A DNA stretch of 64,000 bases from Octopus vulgaris (GCA_951406725.2 OX597833.1:69006001-69070000); one strand, 5' to 3'; counted from the first letter of the stretch, positions 13,800 to 27,149 are shown. Notes: generated by a model from the sequence alone, not told the origin. Made by a program: numbers and translations.

Positions 13800-14174
13800 C
13801 TAGCAGTATCGCCCGGCGTTGCTCGGGTTTGTAAGGGAAATAACTATAAAGCATTTTTAGAGAGTTATAGCCAAAAAAATGGGAAAAAAATTATGGTAAA
13901 TTTATTTTTGAGAGTTAAAAAGGTGGAGTTACGTCCCCTAGACAGTCTGTGGTTTGTGTTTCTGAATCTCGACCCCATGTCGAATTTATCGATTTTTTTC
14001 AGAACTGGGGGAACTTTTCAAAATTTTCGCTGCATTAGTTTTGAATTATGACATTGGGCTATGTGTGTGTCAAGTTTCATCAGAATCGGTTGAAAGCCGT
14101 GGTCAGGGTGAGGGTACAACCTAACAGACACACAGAAACACACACAGACAAACTGTCGTTTATATAGAGAGAGA
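13800..14174 (-). mobile_element. Non-autonomous Helitron (375 bp), inverted copy of 12785-13159
   Basis: Highly similar reverse complement; minus strand ends cccgagcaacgccggg...CTAG|T. Confidence 0.85.
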
Positions 14175-14431
14175 TTTGGTAAAAGACACGATAAAAAGAC
14201 AATAGGTACATGTTTGACAACGCAAATTTATATTTCCAAAATAGGTTTTTGAGTTATTTGCAAAATTCTGGTAAAGAAGGCCAAGAGTTATCCAAAGGGA
14301 AGTTGGCTGCTATTTCCTTTTACAAAATATTGAGTGGTGAATGATACGGTGCTGGCAATGAGTGAAAGAACTAAAGAGCTTGCAAGTTGGACTACGGGTG
14401 GTTTACTCAGGGCTAAATAGCCTAAATGCAT

Positions 14432-14590
14432 TTACATCGACCCCAGTGCGTAACTGGTACTTATTTAATCGACCCCCGAAAGGATGAAAGGCAAAGCCTA
14501 CCTCGGCAGAATTTGAACTCAGAATGTAACAGCAGACGAAATAGCGCTATTTCGCCCGGCGTGCTGAAGATTCTACAAACTCGCCACCTT
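14432..14590 (-). mobile_element. SINE family A
   Basis: tcgaccccagtgcgtaactggtac...aggatgaaaggcaaag...gaatttgaactcagaa. Confidence 0.85.
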
Positions 14591-14949
14591 TCTACTGTGA
14601 ACTATAATAAAGAAAACACTGACATCAAACAACGTGTACAACACTATGTCAGCAACAAGGGATTGACACCACATATGTTCTACATAATCAATACCCAGGT
14701 ATATCACAGAACGGGTAAACCTTTGTATTCGACACCTGACATAATATCAATATTTTACAGAAATCACATTCTACATCGTTGGTTCTATTTAACATAGAAC
14801 ACCACTACCCACACTGCATGTTATCTCATCTCGCCAATTATTACTCAACACAAAAACATGTTCTGCCAAGCACGCAGCCCATACGGAACAGAAAATAACA
14901 GCACTCGCATTACAGACCCACATATTACGCATATACAACATAAAATATA

Positions 14950-15204
14950 TAATAAATGCGCGCTTTTAGAACCTAGCCAGGCTCATGGGCCCGGTTTCCC
15001 CGTTTCTGTGGCGTATGTGTTCCCCAGCTGGACAGGACACCAGTCCATCGCAGCGTTACTCATTTTTGCCAGCTGAATGGACTGGAACAATGTGAAATGA
15101 AGTGTTTTGCTCAAGAAAACAACGCGTCGCCCGGTCCAGGAATCGAAACCACAATCTTACGATCATGATGCTGAAACCCTAACCACTAAGCCACGCGCCT
15201 CCAC
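14950..15204 (-). mobile_element. tRNA-derived SINE family C, full length
   Basis: Matches 3482-3749; 15-bp TSD acaacataaaatata (14935-14949/15203-15217). Confidence 0.92.
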
Positions 15205-15745
15205 AACATAAAATATACAACATATATATCTATAAACGACAAATCAGACACGACAAAATTCAAATCTGAGATGCCACACAAACAGTGAACCTTTAAAAGG
15301 CCAAGGATAGAAGAATGGTTCACAACTGCTAGCGGTGCTGCAGTAAATAGCATAAACCTTGTCGAAAACAGGATGATGATAGAATATTAATTATTCTGCT
15401 TCAAACCAATCAAATTAATCAACTAATTGAATGGTTCAGATGACTGTATAACAAGGATATATATGTCTGTTTTGAGTATTGTGTCAATAGAAGACAGCTG
15501 TCAGTAATATTTGCATGTGTAGGTGATTGATGGAAAACTGATACAAAAACCCCGTTTCTTGCCATCCATTACGGCCAGAAAAAGTAACTGATGCATATTC
15601 CATACGTTAATTGGTCTATTAACAAATGAATTCTGGCTGAACAAAATCTCGCTAAAATATACATTGGGTGGGGCTGGGTGTAAAGTCATATCATTCACCA
15701 CAATATAATTTACCATTTCTGGCTTTCTCTTCCCCCATCTCTGTG

Positions 15746-15796
<51 letters not shown>

Positions 15797-15797
<1 letters not shown>

Positions 15798-16024
15798 CGG
15801 GAAGCTTTATGAAAATAAACAAAAGACGAAGGCAGGTGGAATACAAACAAACAATTGTATTAGTATGGCGCTCAGGAATATAAATAAAACAAGTCTTTTA
15901 CGTTTCGAGCCTACGCTCTTCGACAGAAAGATACACAGAAAAGAAACACGGAGAGAAACAAGGAGAGAAAAAATGCGTGCAGAAGCTAGCGAATCAACAT
16001 GGCGATCTGATTTCGGCCAGAAGT

Positions 16025-16028
<4 letters not shown>
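15797..16028 (-). mobile_element. Family H hammerhead-bearing short repeat inside (TA)n
   Basis: Minus: tcttt-CTGTCGA-AGAG-cgtagg-CTC-GAAA-CG-TA-aaaga; (TA)n on both sides. Confidence 0.8.
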
Positions 16029-16078
<50 letters not shown>

Positions 16079-17172
16079 GGGTGTCTGTGTTTGTGTGTAT
16101 GTAAAGAAAACAGGAAATGGAGATGTACTGATTAACTTCAATGATTATTTATTGATTCAATGCAAACAGGATGCATCCCAACTAACAGCTGTTTCTGCTT
16201 CCAATGTTGTATGGTATTGCCATTGATAGGCACAAATATATAAAAGTATTAACCATATTTGGTAATAAAACCGATCTGAAGCAAGGAGCCGCGTTAGAGT
16301 GAAGAATAAATAAAGAAGAAGAGCATAGAGAAGAAACAGGGTAAAGTTGAATATGGTTGTAATCATAACATTTTGCCTGTGTGTGTCTCTTTGGGACGGT
16401 AAGTAAAAGACAACGAAAACAGCAATTGGCGGATTAATGCTTTGTACAGGTGGGGGGTAGGATGGATAAGTAATAAGAAAAGCAAAAAAATAGAGGGATA
16501 TGCCAATAGGTTTTAGTCATAGATGGGGTGTAGATGCAGTAGGTTTTTAGATTAATCATAATTTACAATAGTTACGTTTATAGTACAAATTGATAATATG
16601 AATCACAAAGTGCTAATCGGTTTATTGCAATTTATCTATTGAATAATACGTGGTGAAGCCCTTCCACCTATTATTCGAAGTGTGATAGGCCAAGGTCCAG
16701 TCTTCGATGTAATTGATCAGTTGAAATTTAAAAACAAAGGACCAGCTATTGAGCGTTATACGGGTTATGATAAATAAATATATGCATAGGAAGATGGTGT
16801 ATGTTTTAAGGGGCCCTAAAACGCTTAGGGAGGTAAATACTAGGTTGAAAATAAATATTATGGAATAAATATTAAGAGAGGAGCCAATTCGGACAATTAG
16901 GAAGTAAGGTGGTGAGGGTTGGAAATGCTTCAACAGTTTGTTAATATAAATGCGAAATTAGGAAAGGCAGTGAAACGAATGAATACCGTAGGAAAGTTAT
17001 TGAAATATTTCTGGTTAAGAGGAGGTAATAACTAGGGTAGGCAGCCAAAATGTGTGATTGTTAGTTGCAGTGCATCGAAAAAAAAACGAGGTGAAAAGCC
17101 TAAATAACAGCTAATTTTCAAGTCGAGTGAATGAACGTGTAAATTATAAATGCACCTAACCGAGACTGGCAC

Positions 17173-17198
17173 TCACGAGAGGGCGCTACAATGCAAAT
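17173..17198 (+). promoter_or_regulatory. CTCF-like motif followed by octamer
   Basis: tCACGAGAGGGCGCTA resembles the CTCF core; ATGCAAAT at 17191. Confidence 0.3.
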
Positions 17199-17739
17199 AA
17201 TTTGCTCACAGGAAAAGCGGAATGTAGTTGTCCTTATGCTGGACTGCAACGTCCATCTTGATTCGGCAGCGTTGCAAAAATCTCTTATCCCTTCAGACAG
17301 ACGACAACGACAGGTAGGGGCCTTATCAATGAGTACATTGGCCAGTACTTTTAAAATCATATGATCCTTTCAGGCATATTTAGTTGCTATTTACATCAAG
17401 TAATGACATCATTTAGAGATCCCATTTTCAGAATCCGATTGGCAATTTTTCACAGTTCATTAAAGCAATTCAACAATCATAACATATTGAACCCTGCTAT
17501 TTCCCGACGTTCGTCTCTGGGCGCCTACCTTCTGTAGGATTTCTGGGAGAATAAAATGTAGTTGGACCTTGGTTCATATCCTGGTGTTTGCATATATCAT
17601 AATACCTTATTGTTACAATAATTACACTGAGGTTGTGCTACGTATTGCTTTTACGGGGTTTTAGTTGGTCATATCGATCCCCAGAGCGTATTTCTATGAC
17701 TGCTAATTATTTTAGCGAATACTATTTATCGCACCGCTA

Positions 17740-18085
17740 GTTTGGGGACAATGGGATTAACAATTTCGCTTTGCAAATTGTGGTTTCCATGTCAGTTTCA
17801 CTGCAGGGCTCTTTGGAGACCTATCATTGCACTATAACTGATTTACCAGTGCCTTGTGAGTTCCATTGACGAAAATAGTGAAGGCTCATCGTATATGTAT
17901 ATGTGAGTGTGTGTATTCGCGTACGCACTTTCGGATGTATAAATGTGTTTTTATCTCCCGCTACTTGGCGACCTTTGTCGGTTTATTTACGTCTCCGTAA
18001 AATAGCTGTTTGGCAAAAGGAACCCAATGAATAAGATAACAGTCTTGCAAAATGATAGCGGGGTCGATACGGTCGAGTAAACCCA
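17740..18085 (+). mobile_element. SINE family B, highly degenerate
   Basis: gccttgtgagt, internal TA/TG tract, tttacgtctccgtaa, ggggtcgat. Confidence 0.6.
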
Positions 18086-19431
18086 TCAGAAACAGTATTT
18101 TCCCAAATTAATATCTTTTTCAATGATTCTTCTCATATTTCTGATCGTTAACAACAACAAAATTAACACAGAAATTCATACACACACACACGATATATAC
18201 AGACACCATACACACATTTCATTCACTTCAAATTCTGTCAATGCACAGTTACACACAGAATCAGACATAAGCACATACGTAGACTGTGTCGTTGACACAG
18301 CGACTGCAAGTTTAACTGCAAAGGCGTTGATGGGCCTTAAAGCAGATTAGAGAAATGGTAACAAATGCGAGGTCAAATTGTTACGAAACACTTCCTAACC
18401 ACGCAGCCATGCTTTCAACGGCAAGAAACATTTTTTACTCACTTTTTATCACAATAAATTTCTTCACAGTTTTATGTATTATATAAATGTGTTTCTCACA
18501 GAATGATATTTAAAACATACAGTCTGTATAAACACAAAATAAATAACAATAATAGTAAATACTGATCGATAAAAGCATAAATAACCATAAGAATACTAAA
18601 AACGATCAATGCTTTTTTTTATATGTTTCGCCAAAAATGTGAATTTGTAAAGCATTTTGAATGAAAATAAATTAAGACATAACTCATCTAATCATTGTTT
18701 TTTACCCTTCAGAATAGTCTATAAATCAATGGAAGAGGTAATCTTTTAAGTTATGTATTAACACAAATACCGCAATTTCTTACATGAACAACTATTTATT
18801 AGACTTGCTAGATTTTTTTTAAACACATGAAAGATATTGTGTTGTTGTCATGTTTACTACATATATATTTTTCTATTCTTTTTTCTCAAAATTTCTCTTT
18901 CTCTCCCTCTCTCATTTTGTACTCTGTCTTCTCTCCTGTGTATACACTCGTAAGTGAGCAATTTTCTTGAATTATACTTTAAAGATTTCTAACCACAATT
19001 TTTTTTTCTTAACATAGACTGTAGATACTTGTATGTGTAAGAAAAACAAAATAAAAAAAGCAGACAGGTGTATTTTTTTCTACGTTAGCAAAAACCGTAG
19101 TATTTAGAATCCATTCACCTGGTATATACTTACATAACTATGTTTGGACTAATGTGAATAATGAATTGTAAAGAATTATTATCATAATCTCCATTCGTGT
19201 AGGGAATATCGGTCAACAAATACAGAGCAAAGAGAGATTTAAAATGGCCGCTCGAGATGCAGTGCAAGCAAATCTCCTGCGTATCAAATACGTTAAGAGG
19301 TATTAAATGGTGGGGAGATATAGATATACGAATGAAATAAGGGATACACAAAGCTTGGAATATGTTCATCATAGGCTTCCTAGCACATAGTTAACCAAGT
19401 GTTAGTAAACAGCAACTAAATATATGTTATT

Positions 19432-19737
19432 CTTGTTTGTTCTTTCTCGAGCCGTGCCTGGCTCATAAAGGCCGGTTTCCCGGTTTCCCGGGCGTATAGA
19501 TTCCTCACCTGGACGGGACGCCGGTCCGTCGCAGGTGAGCTGCAAGATGCAGGAGGAAAGAGTGAGAGAATGTAGTGGCGAAAGAGTCAGCAGAAGTCCG
19601 TCATTACCTTCTGCAGGAGCCGCGTGGAGCTTAGGTGTTTTCGCTCATAAACACACGCATCGCCCAATCTGATATTCGAACCCGCGATCTCTCGACCGCG
19701 AGTCCGCTGCTCTAACCACTAGGCCATGTGTCTCCAC
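19432..19737 (-). mobile_element. tRNA-derived SINE family D
   Basis: Minus GTGGAGACACATGGCCTAGTGGTTAGAGCAGCGGACTCGCGG...GGTTCGAA; 3' end shared with family C. Confidence 0.88.
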
Positions 19738-20439
19738 AAATATCTTATTGTATCAATATTAATCAAATAACTAACAGCAGTATTAGGGGTGACCGAAGTG
19801 ATGGCTACGGGTAGTTGCTATTAAACTTTTATCAATTCCTGCTGATGAGATGACTAGCCGAAAGGCTTTCCGACAATGAACATGTGTGCGCGTATTTGCT
19901 TCCATATTACTCAGACTTATTTCTTGGTAAAGAATAAAATGCTTTGAATGGCACAACAACTCACTACAATAACTGTTGTAATTTAATCATCCATAGTCTG
20001 ATATATTTCTTTGTAAGACATGGGGATAACGCAACACTATAATGACTTGAATAATTGTTTCCGAAGCCTTGCATACCGAGTTCAAATCTAACCAACGTCA
20101 AATTTGACACTTATTTCGTGATCAAAATAAAAGTAACATTGTATCTAAAGCAGTCTTATAGTCCATAGCTTATTTCTTAGATGCTATACAGTGTTTGCAT
20201 TTCGGTACGGTTCCACTGAGAGTTGAAAAGCTGTTTAGGTGCCGGAGACCAAATACGCTCATTCACACATATTTGATTAGAAGTTTGGACAAGTAAATCT
20301 GCAACCAACAGAAAGAAGTCAGTATTAACGTAATCTTTATTATGATCAAAAAAGATCTTACACAGAGAGGGACATTACAAGACAAACACGAAGTCAGTAT
20401 TAACCGGACATGTTTCACTCTAGTAGGTTGAAATGTGTA

Positions 20440-20714
20440 GGTACTAGTAGCGTAGACTGGACCCGGTTTGCGCAGACGCGCATCCGTGCTAGCTAGACGT
20501 AGGCAGTCGATCCTACGAGCTGACTGGCGCATGCATGATATATACGATATATACTTGTATATATCGTATGCAAACACTTGTATATATACTTGTATATATC
20601 GTATACAAGTATATATCGTGCATGCGCCAGTCAGCTCGTAGGATCGACTGCCCAAGTCTGGCTAGCGCTGACGCGCGTCTGCGCATACCGAGTCCAGTCT
20701 ACGCTACTAGTACC
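20440..20714. mobile_element. CpG-rich foldback element / MITE
   Basis: ~105-bp inverted arms with ~9 mismatches; TA or GTAC as possible TSD. Confidence 0.85.
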
Positions 20715-20723
20715 AAATGGGGG

Positions 20724-20775
<52 letters not shown>

Positions 20776-21440
20776 AAGAAAAATACATACTTAATATGCA
20801 TATGTACACATGTTCCGCCCTCCATGGATATATTTAAATTGAAAAGACCCGAACACAAATGTTGCGTAACTGTGAATTTTGTTCCCAGTCTTAAAAGCCT
20901 GAGAAAAGGGGCTGGTGACTTAGCCTTTCAGTTTATCTATTACACAGTCCACGCAGCAACTGAGGCTGCGCTTTTGTGGCCCTTAAAATGAAAAGAAATG
21001 AGCCAGCATTATTTGTGCATTAGTAGTGGGTAAGCTTTTATATTACTTCATTGTGAACGAAGCACAATTGTGACACTACTCGGTTTGGATTATGTTTACA
21101 GTTTCAATATTTAAGATTTTCTTTAACAATTAACTTCATATGTGATATTGGTTTTCTCAAGATTGATTTTCGATATGAAATCAAAATAAAATAAAAGTAT
21201 TCAATATAAAATCGTTATTTTTTTTCAATAGTAAAATGAAAACAAAAATTGAAAAAGGCTTATACGCGTAAAATAAAAAAAATTATAACATCCTTGGAAA
21301 ATGTTGAATATGAACCCGTCTCGTTAGTCGAAATTTATGAGTGTCTAGTTCATATATTTTCGGGGGTGTCAGGGTTGTTGTCGATATTATAGAATGAATA
21401 AAAATCATATTAATTCGGAAATGATATTCTGGAAATCAAA

Positions 21441-21478
<38 letters not shown>

Positions 21479-22399
21479 TGTTCTTTTTGGCAATGGTCAG
21501 TTGTCCCCGCCATTTCTTTTAACCATGATATTTGGGGGTTAAACATTCCATATGCCACATCATTATTGTCCAAATGTTTTTTAAAATAAAATAAAAGCCA
21601 CTTACCTTCTCAGACCAAAAGACAAAAACATGGAAAGCTATTAATCAAAATATTTAGTAAAACAGGCAAAATTGTTCAACATGTTAGGTGTTAATATCTC
21701 AAACACAAACCAAGTCGAACCGAACAGGTAAACCATTCAGTACAACTCGGTTTCCATTTTTTTTTTTTTTTGCAATGCTAAAATAGATTTACAGGATTAC
21801 ACATGAAATATAAAACTATGGAAAGTCTTTGCGAACAAAAAACAAACGAAATTACATCTACTCAGCCTAAATGTACAGCATAAATCTTCTCTATGGACAT
21901 TTTTGTGTGTGTACCAGTCTTTTTATTATTTTTTTTTTTGTATGAGAAACATTAGAGAATCGTGGAAACATATACTGTTTTGGAAACGACAAAATGTTAG
22001 AAATAGAATGTACATTTATGTATTAATCTGCCTGACAATAACTCAATTTATTTTTCTTTTTAAGCCTAGGCGTTTGTTGCTTTATTAACTCGAGACCGAG
22101 ATTAATCAAATTTTGCGAATAACATTGACATACTTTCATACTAAACCAAACAAAAGCCACGTACATTCGAAGATAAAACTAAGAGACTTCAACATGAAAT
22201 ATTATTAATTTAATTTCTTGTAAAAACAGGTGCAAATATCGAACAAGCTGATGTTAATATTATTTTGAATCAAAAGTTTTGTAAATTGTTGGTTAATTCT
22301 TTTATTCATCAAGTTATAACAAAAGCAACCTAGAATTCGAATGGAGAGCATTCTGTTGCACTGTTTTAAACCATTTTCCTGCCGGTTCTTTGATCCTAT

Positions 22400-22612
22400 G
22401 TTGATTCTAGTTCTCCTTCGAGGTAAAGAATTTTCGTCACTGATGCGGCCACCTCATCTTTGTTGATAGAGCGTCGCAGGAATTGAGCCATGGATCAGAA
22501 GTAAAACTGTGAGGGGGCTGGACTATATGCTGGGTATGGCATCACTTAGATTTCCTCAAGCTTCTTGAATTTATTCCGGGTCGTTCTAGCTGTGTGAGGT
22601 TTTGCGTTGTCG
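22400..22612 (-). pseudogene. Mariner transposase remnant
   Basis: DNAKPHTARTTRNKFKKLEEI*VMPYPAYSPAPS resembles mariner HDNARPH...PPYSPDLAPS. Confidence 0.8.
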
Positions 22613-22615
22613 CAA

Positions 22616-23017
22616 AGGCGACGAGCTGGCAGAAACGTTAGCACGCCGGGCGAAATGCGTAGCTGTATTTCGTCTGTTGTTACGTGCCGAGGTCGACTTT
22701 GCTTTTCATCCTTTCGGGGTCGATAAATTAAGTACCAGTTAGGCACTGGGGTAGATGTAATCGACTTAATACCTATGTCTGTCCTCGTTTGTCCCCTGTG
22801 GTTAGCCCCTTGTGGGTAATAAAGAAATAGGTATTTTGTCTGCTGCTACGTTCTGAGTTCAAATTCCGACGAGGTAGACTTTGCCTTTCATCCTTTCGGG
22901 GTCAATTATAAAAGTACCAGTTACGTACTGGGGTAGATATAATCAACTTAATCCGTTTGTCTGTCCTTGTTTGTCCTTTCTGTGTTTAGCCCCTTGTGGG
23001 TAGTAAAGAAATAGGTA
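22616..23017 (+). mobile_element. SINE family A head-to-tail partial dimer
   Basis: Tail ...aaagaaatag joined to internal gtattttgtctg at ~22830. Confidence 0.9.
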
Positions 23018-23269
23018 TGATATTTTAGGTAGTCTTGCTTCGGAATAGTTTTCTGCAGTGACATACACTTAGCTCTAGCAGTTCGGGGTACAGGTTGTTG
23101 TCGACGGTTGGGGCGTCCGGAATAAATTCATAGTGAATTATCCCCTGTAATTCCTGCAAACGCAGTGCTTCATCTTGTGTTAGAAACACCCACGTTTGGA
23201 AACTTTTCCCGGAAGCTGGCCCTTGCTTAACCCCAGCTTATGCAGGTTAGGATTACAACAAAATACCTT

Positions 23270-23435
23270 CTCTTGGATTACAACTTGTTCCGATCCATAG
23301 TTCAGTTCCTGATCGCGCGATGCTTTATCAATCAGGAGGAGGTGCAAGCTTCAATCAAGTTCTTCCTCTCGGAAGAAAAGAACCGGTGGAATGAAAGAAC
23401 TAGCAGAAAGGTAGATTCACACGGTGCAACATGAT
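23270..23435 (+). pseudogene. Mariner transposase C-terminal remnant
   Basis: DYNLFRSIVQFLIARCFINQEEVQASIKFF resembles mariner DYHLFRSL...F...EEV. Confidence 0.7.
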
Positions 23436-24092
23436 GGGGCACTACTTAAATACAGATGTCCCGATACACCTACGTAAAGGTAGGTTTTTACAGTGAACAC
23501 TCATTAGGCAGATATAGTTACTTAGAGTTGGTTAGGATGACGCAGATACACCGAGACCTCTGTATTTAAGTTGTATCTACGATCGTCCCAAATTTACATG
23601 CTAACCTGCTTTTTTGTAGTATCTTGACAAATAAAGCAAATAAGTTAGTAACACATTGTAAACCCTTTTGACACAAGTGAAAATTTAGTGAAATAGAAAA
23701 AAAAATTGAAATATTAATTAGAATTTTTTTTTTTTTTTGGAATGCTAAAATTAAATTGACTAACCTGAAATGCACCATTACAAGCTTGATATATAATTGA
23801 TTAAAAACCATTGGGGAGAAAAGTCCTTCGTAAAGTTGTTTCGTTTTACTGAACGAAAACAAGTCAGATTTGTCCATGTGCAATATTCGTAACAGTTATT
23901 TCTCGCACAGATTCAAAGATATTTCAGAAAGAAAGCTCGGGTACATCCTTTCAAATCTATAGGAACGTATTGTAGTGTTACAGCTTTGAACTCAATAAAA
24001 CAATAATAATTATCAATGTGACTAGGTTGCGATAGAAAAACTTAAGAGAGAGATTTATTCCATTAAGTCGATGCGAATACCTGACTAGACCT

Positions 24093-26005
24093 AAGGCGGC
24101 GAGCTGACAGAATAGACATCTAACAGAACAAAGCAGCGGTATTTCGTCAGCCTTTACGTCATGATTAAGAACCGAGGTGCTTAAATGAAAACAATACTTT
24201 ACGTCCTGAGTTCAAATTCCGCCGAGGTCGACTTTACCTTTTATCCTTTCGGGGTCGATAAATTAAGGACCAGTTACGCACTGGGGTCGATATAATCGAC
24301 TTAATCCGTTTGTCTGTCCTTGTTTGTCCTCTCTGTGTTTAGCCCCTTGTGGGTAGTAAAGAAATAGGTATTTCGTCAGCCTTTACATCATGATTAAGAA
24401 CCGGGGTGCTTAAATGAAAACAATACTTTACGTTCTGATTTCGAATTCCGCCGATGTCGGCTTTGTGATTTATTCTTTCGTAGTAGAGAATATAAGTAGC
24501 AGTTGAACACTAGAGACGATTTAATCGACTTACCACGTTCCCAAAAGTTTCTGAACTTGGACCAAAATTTAAAGCCAATACATTTTTGGAAGAATATTTT
24601 TCAGCCTTGGAAATACAAAAAAAAAACAAAGTATATTTCGATATGATCCAACAGGCTAATCAATAATAATTCATTTTAAGGCGGTAATCTGACGGAATCG
24701 CTAGCAAGGCGGGCGAAATGTTTCCTTTCATTCTTTTGAGATCAATAAAAAAAATGTACCAGTTGTGTGCTGGGCTCGATGTAATCGATCTATCCGCCCT
24801 CTGCGAAATTGCTGACCTTGTGCCAAAATTTGCGTAAAACCAGCAGTGTTGGGGGCAGGATGTTAAATGAAAGGACGAAGGGCAAGTTTGAGCTAGTTGG
24901 GATGTGAATGCATAATACAGAAGAGAGGGAAGAGATGGCGCCAACCATTCTGCCAGTTAGCCATGGACTTAATTATAATAATTCTTTAAATTTTGACACA
25001 ATTCCTGCAATTTCAAAGGTGAGGTAGTTCATTTAATTAGATTGCAGCACTCAGATGTCGCTTAATTTATCGATCCCGAAAAGATAAAAGCCAGAATCAA
25101 AACGGAGCCTATTGGAACTCAAAACCTCAGAGCGTAAAGAGCCGGAAAAAAATAGCAAGAATTGTCGTTAAATATTTTGTCTGAAATGTTAGCCGTTCTC
25201 TTTACTCGCTGCATTCTTAATAGTCCTTTCTATTTAGTCAAACTGAAAACTGGTGGGGTGGGGAGTCGATTCCAAGGACACCAGTATTAATTGGTACATA
25301 TTTTATCCGCCCAACAAACAATGAACGGCAAAGCCGACCTCGACGTAGTATGAACTCAGAGCGTAAAGACGTAATGCCGTTACGCATTTGCTCTGCTGTG
25401 TTAACGATTCAGCCATCGAAATGCCTTCATAATAATGGATTCAATTTTGGCAAAAAGTCAGCAGTCTATTTTTTTTGCTCTTTTCTTTTGAGTGGGGGGG
25501 AGGGAGTTGATTATATCGATATCAATCACCAACTGGTACTTACTTCATCGATCGCGAAAGGAGACACTATAATGTCGATCTCGACGTAATTTGAACTCCG
25601 GACGAAATGCCGCTAGGTATTTAGCCCGGCGTGGTATCGTTCTGGAAGCTCACCTTCACAAGAATAAAACGTCCTTTTATCTATATTCAAAAGGTCTAGC
25701 GACTAATCGATTGCATTGACCCTAGTTCATGACTGGTCCTTGCTTTTATCAACCCCGAAAAATGAAAGGGAAGTCAGCCGCATTCTGGCCAACTCAGGGG
25801 ACTGGATGCCGGGCGAAATGCTTAGCGCCATTTCATCTGTCTTTACGTTCTGTGTTCAAATTCCGCCGAGGTCGACTTTGCCTTTCATCCTATCAGCGTC
25901 GATAAATTAAGTACCAGTTGCGTATTGGGGTCGATCTAATCGACTAGCCCCCTCAAAAGACAAAAAAAATAATAATTCGGGCCTTGTGCCTAGAGTCGAA
26001 AAGAA
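24093..26005. mobile_element. Cluster of about 8 SINE family A copies in both orientations
   Basis: Copies at ~24093-24575(+, nested), 24678-24832(+), 24985-25215(-), 25222-25428(-), 25435-25657(-), 25675-25790(-), 25805-26005(+). Confidence 0.8.
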
Positions 26006-27103
26006 TATTCTCGTCGCTGTACAGCTCCTGTTGATCGAATTTCAATATTTTAAAAAATAATGCAATATAACCTATTAACTTATATGGACAGTAAAACGAA
26101 GAAAGAAGCATTAAAAAAAATCAAAATAAAAACACAAGAAATATAAGCGGAGATATTTACAAATCTTCAAAGCACACACCCTACTTTTATATACAGATTA
26201 TATTTTTATATCGTGTTTAAAAATGACGCACGAATAACATAACAAGTATATTTATTCGCATACTTTGTCACTTTGTTGACAAAAATATAGCATGATATAC
26301 ATACATACATATATATATATGTATACGCACAGAACTCGGCAAATTATCTATGTATGGTATATTTATGTATATTATATTTTTTCAAAATCACTTTTGTTTC
26401 ATCTTACCCATTCTACAAACAATAAATATATATCTAGATCAAAAGCTGTGATTTTTTTTTTCTTTTGAATAAGTAATATTAACTTTGTCGTCGAAATAGG
26501 CGGAGTGGCGGGCGAGTATATGTATGCCGAGGAGGGGCAGCGTTTAATGGAATAAACAAAATATTATTGCATCAAGAAACACAATATCGAAAGATTAATC
26601 TATAAAATCACAGAAAGTCACATATTTTGCTGAAAATCTCGCGCCTTCTATGAACAGGCTGGAGAGACAATACAGATGGTGTGTACGAAACAAAAGCTAA
26701 GTTAAAGAAAGGAAACGACAAACATGCTACGGCAAAAGAATTACATTACATATTGTCAAAAGTGTATTATTTGATGTAATTTTTTTTCTATCAGATATGG
26801 AATTTATTGAGGAAATATATGTCGCTGTTACTCACTAAATGTAGTTCATACGCGTAAGAATGAGATTATTTTTCTCATTCTAAGTATCAATTTTTAGTCG
26901 AAATTCAATTTTAGATATTTGTGTCTGCAAATGTTTTCTTCACGCAGATATTTGATCGATAATTTGAATATTATTTTGGTGATTCGTTCCGCCTAATTCG
27001 AATACGAATATGAAAATCGCTGTTGTGCTTCGTCATTGGAAAATAGATTCTCCTGTACAGAGATATATGTTCATAACACGTTAGACTCATTAGGTCAAGG
27101 GAG

Positions 27104-27149
27104 GTCAGAACGCCCGCTGTTTCGACATCGGTGTGTCTCATCAGCCCGA
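27104..27149 (-). ncRNA. Hammerhead-like motif with canonical core
   Basis: tcggg-CTGATGA-GACA-caccga-TGTC-GAAA-C-agcgggc-G-TT-ctga. Confidence 0.6.

Noticed and set aside
19660-19737. tRNA genes (also ~3680-3749, 15135-15204, 62660-62736)
   Set aside because: These are SINE heads: no proper acceptor stem, they run into SINE bodies, and some have TSDs.
19836-19875. CTGATGA-gatgactagcc-GAAA-ggct-tt hammerhead candidate
   Set aside because: Stem II and stem I barely pair; indistinguishable from chance without paralogues.
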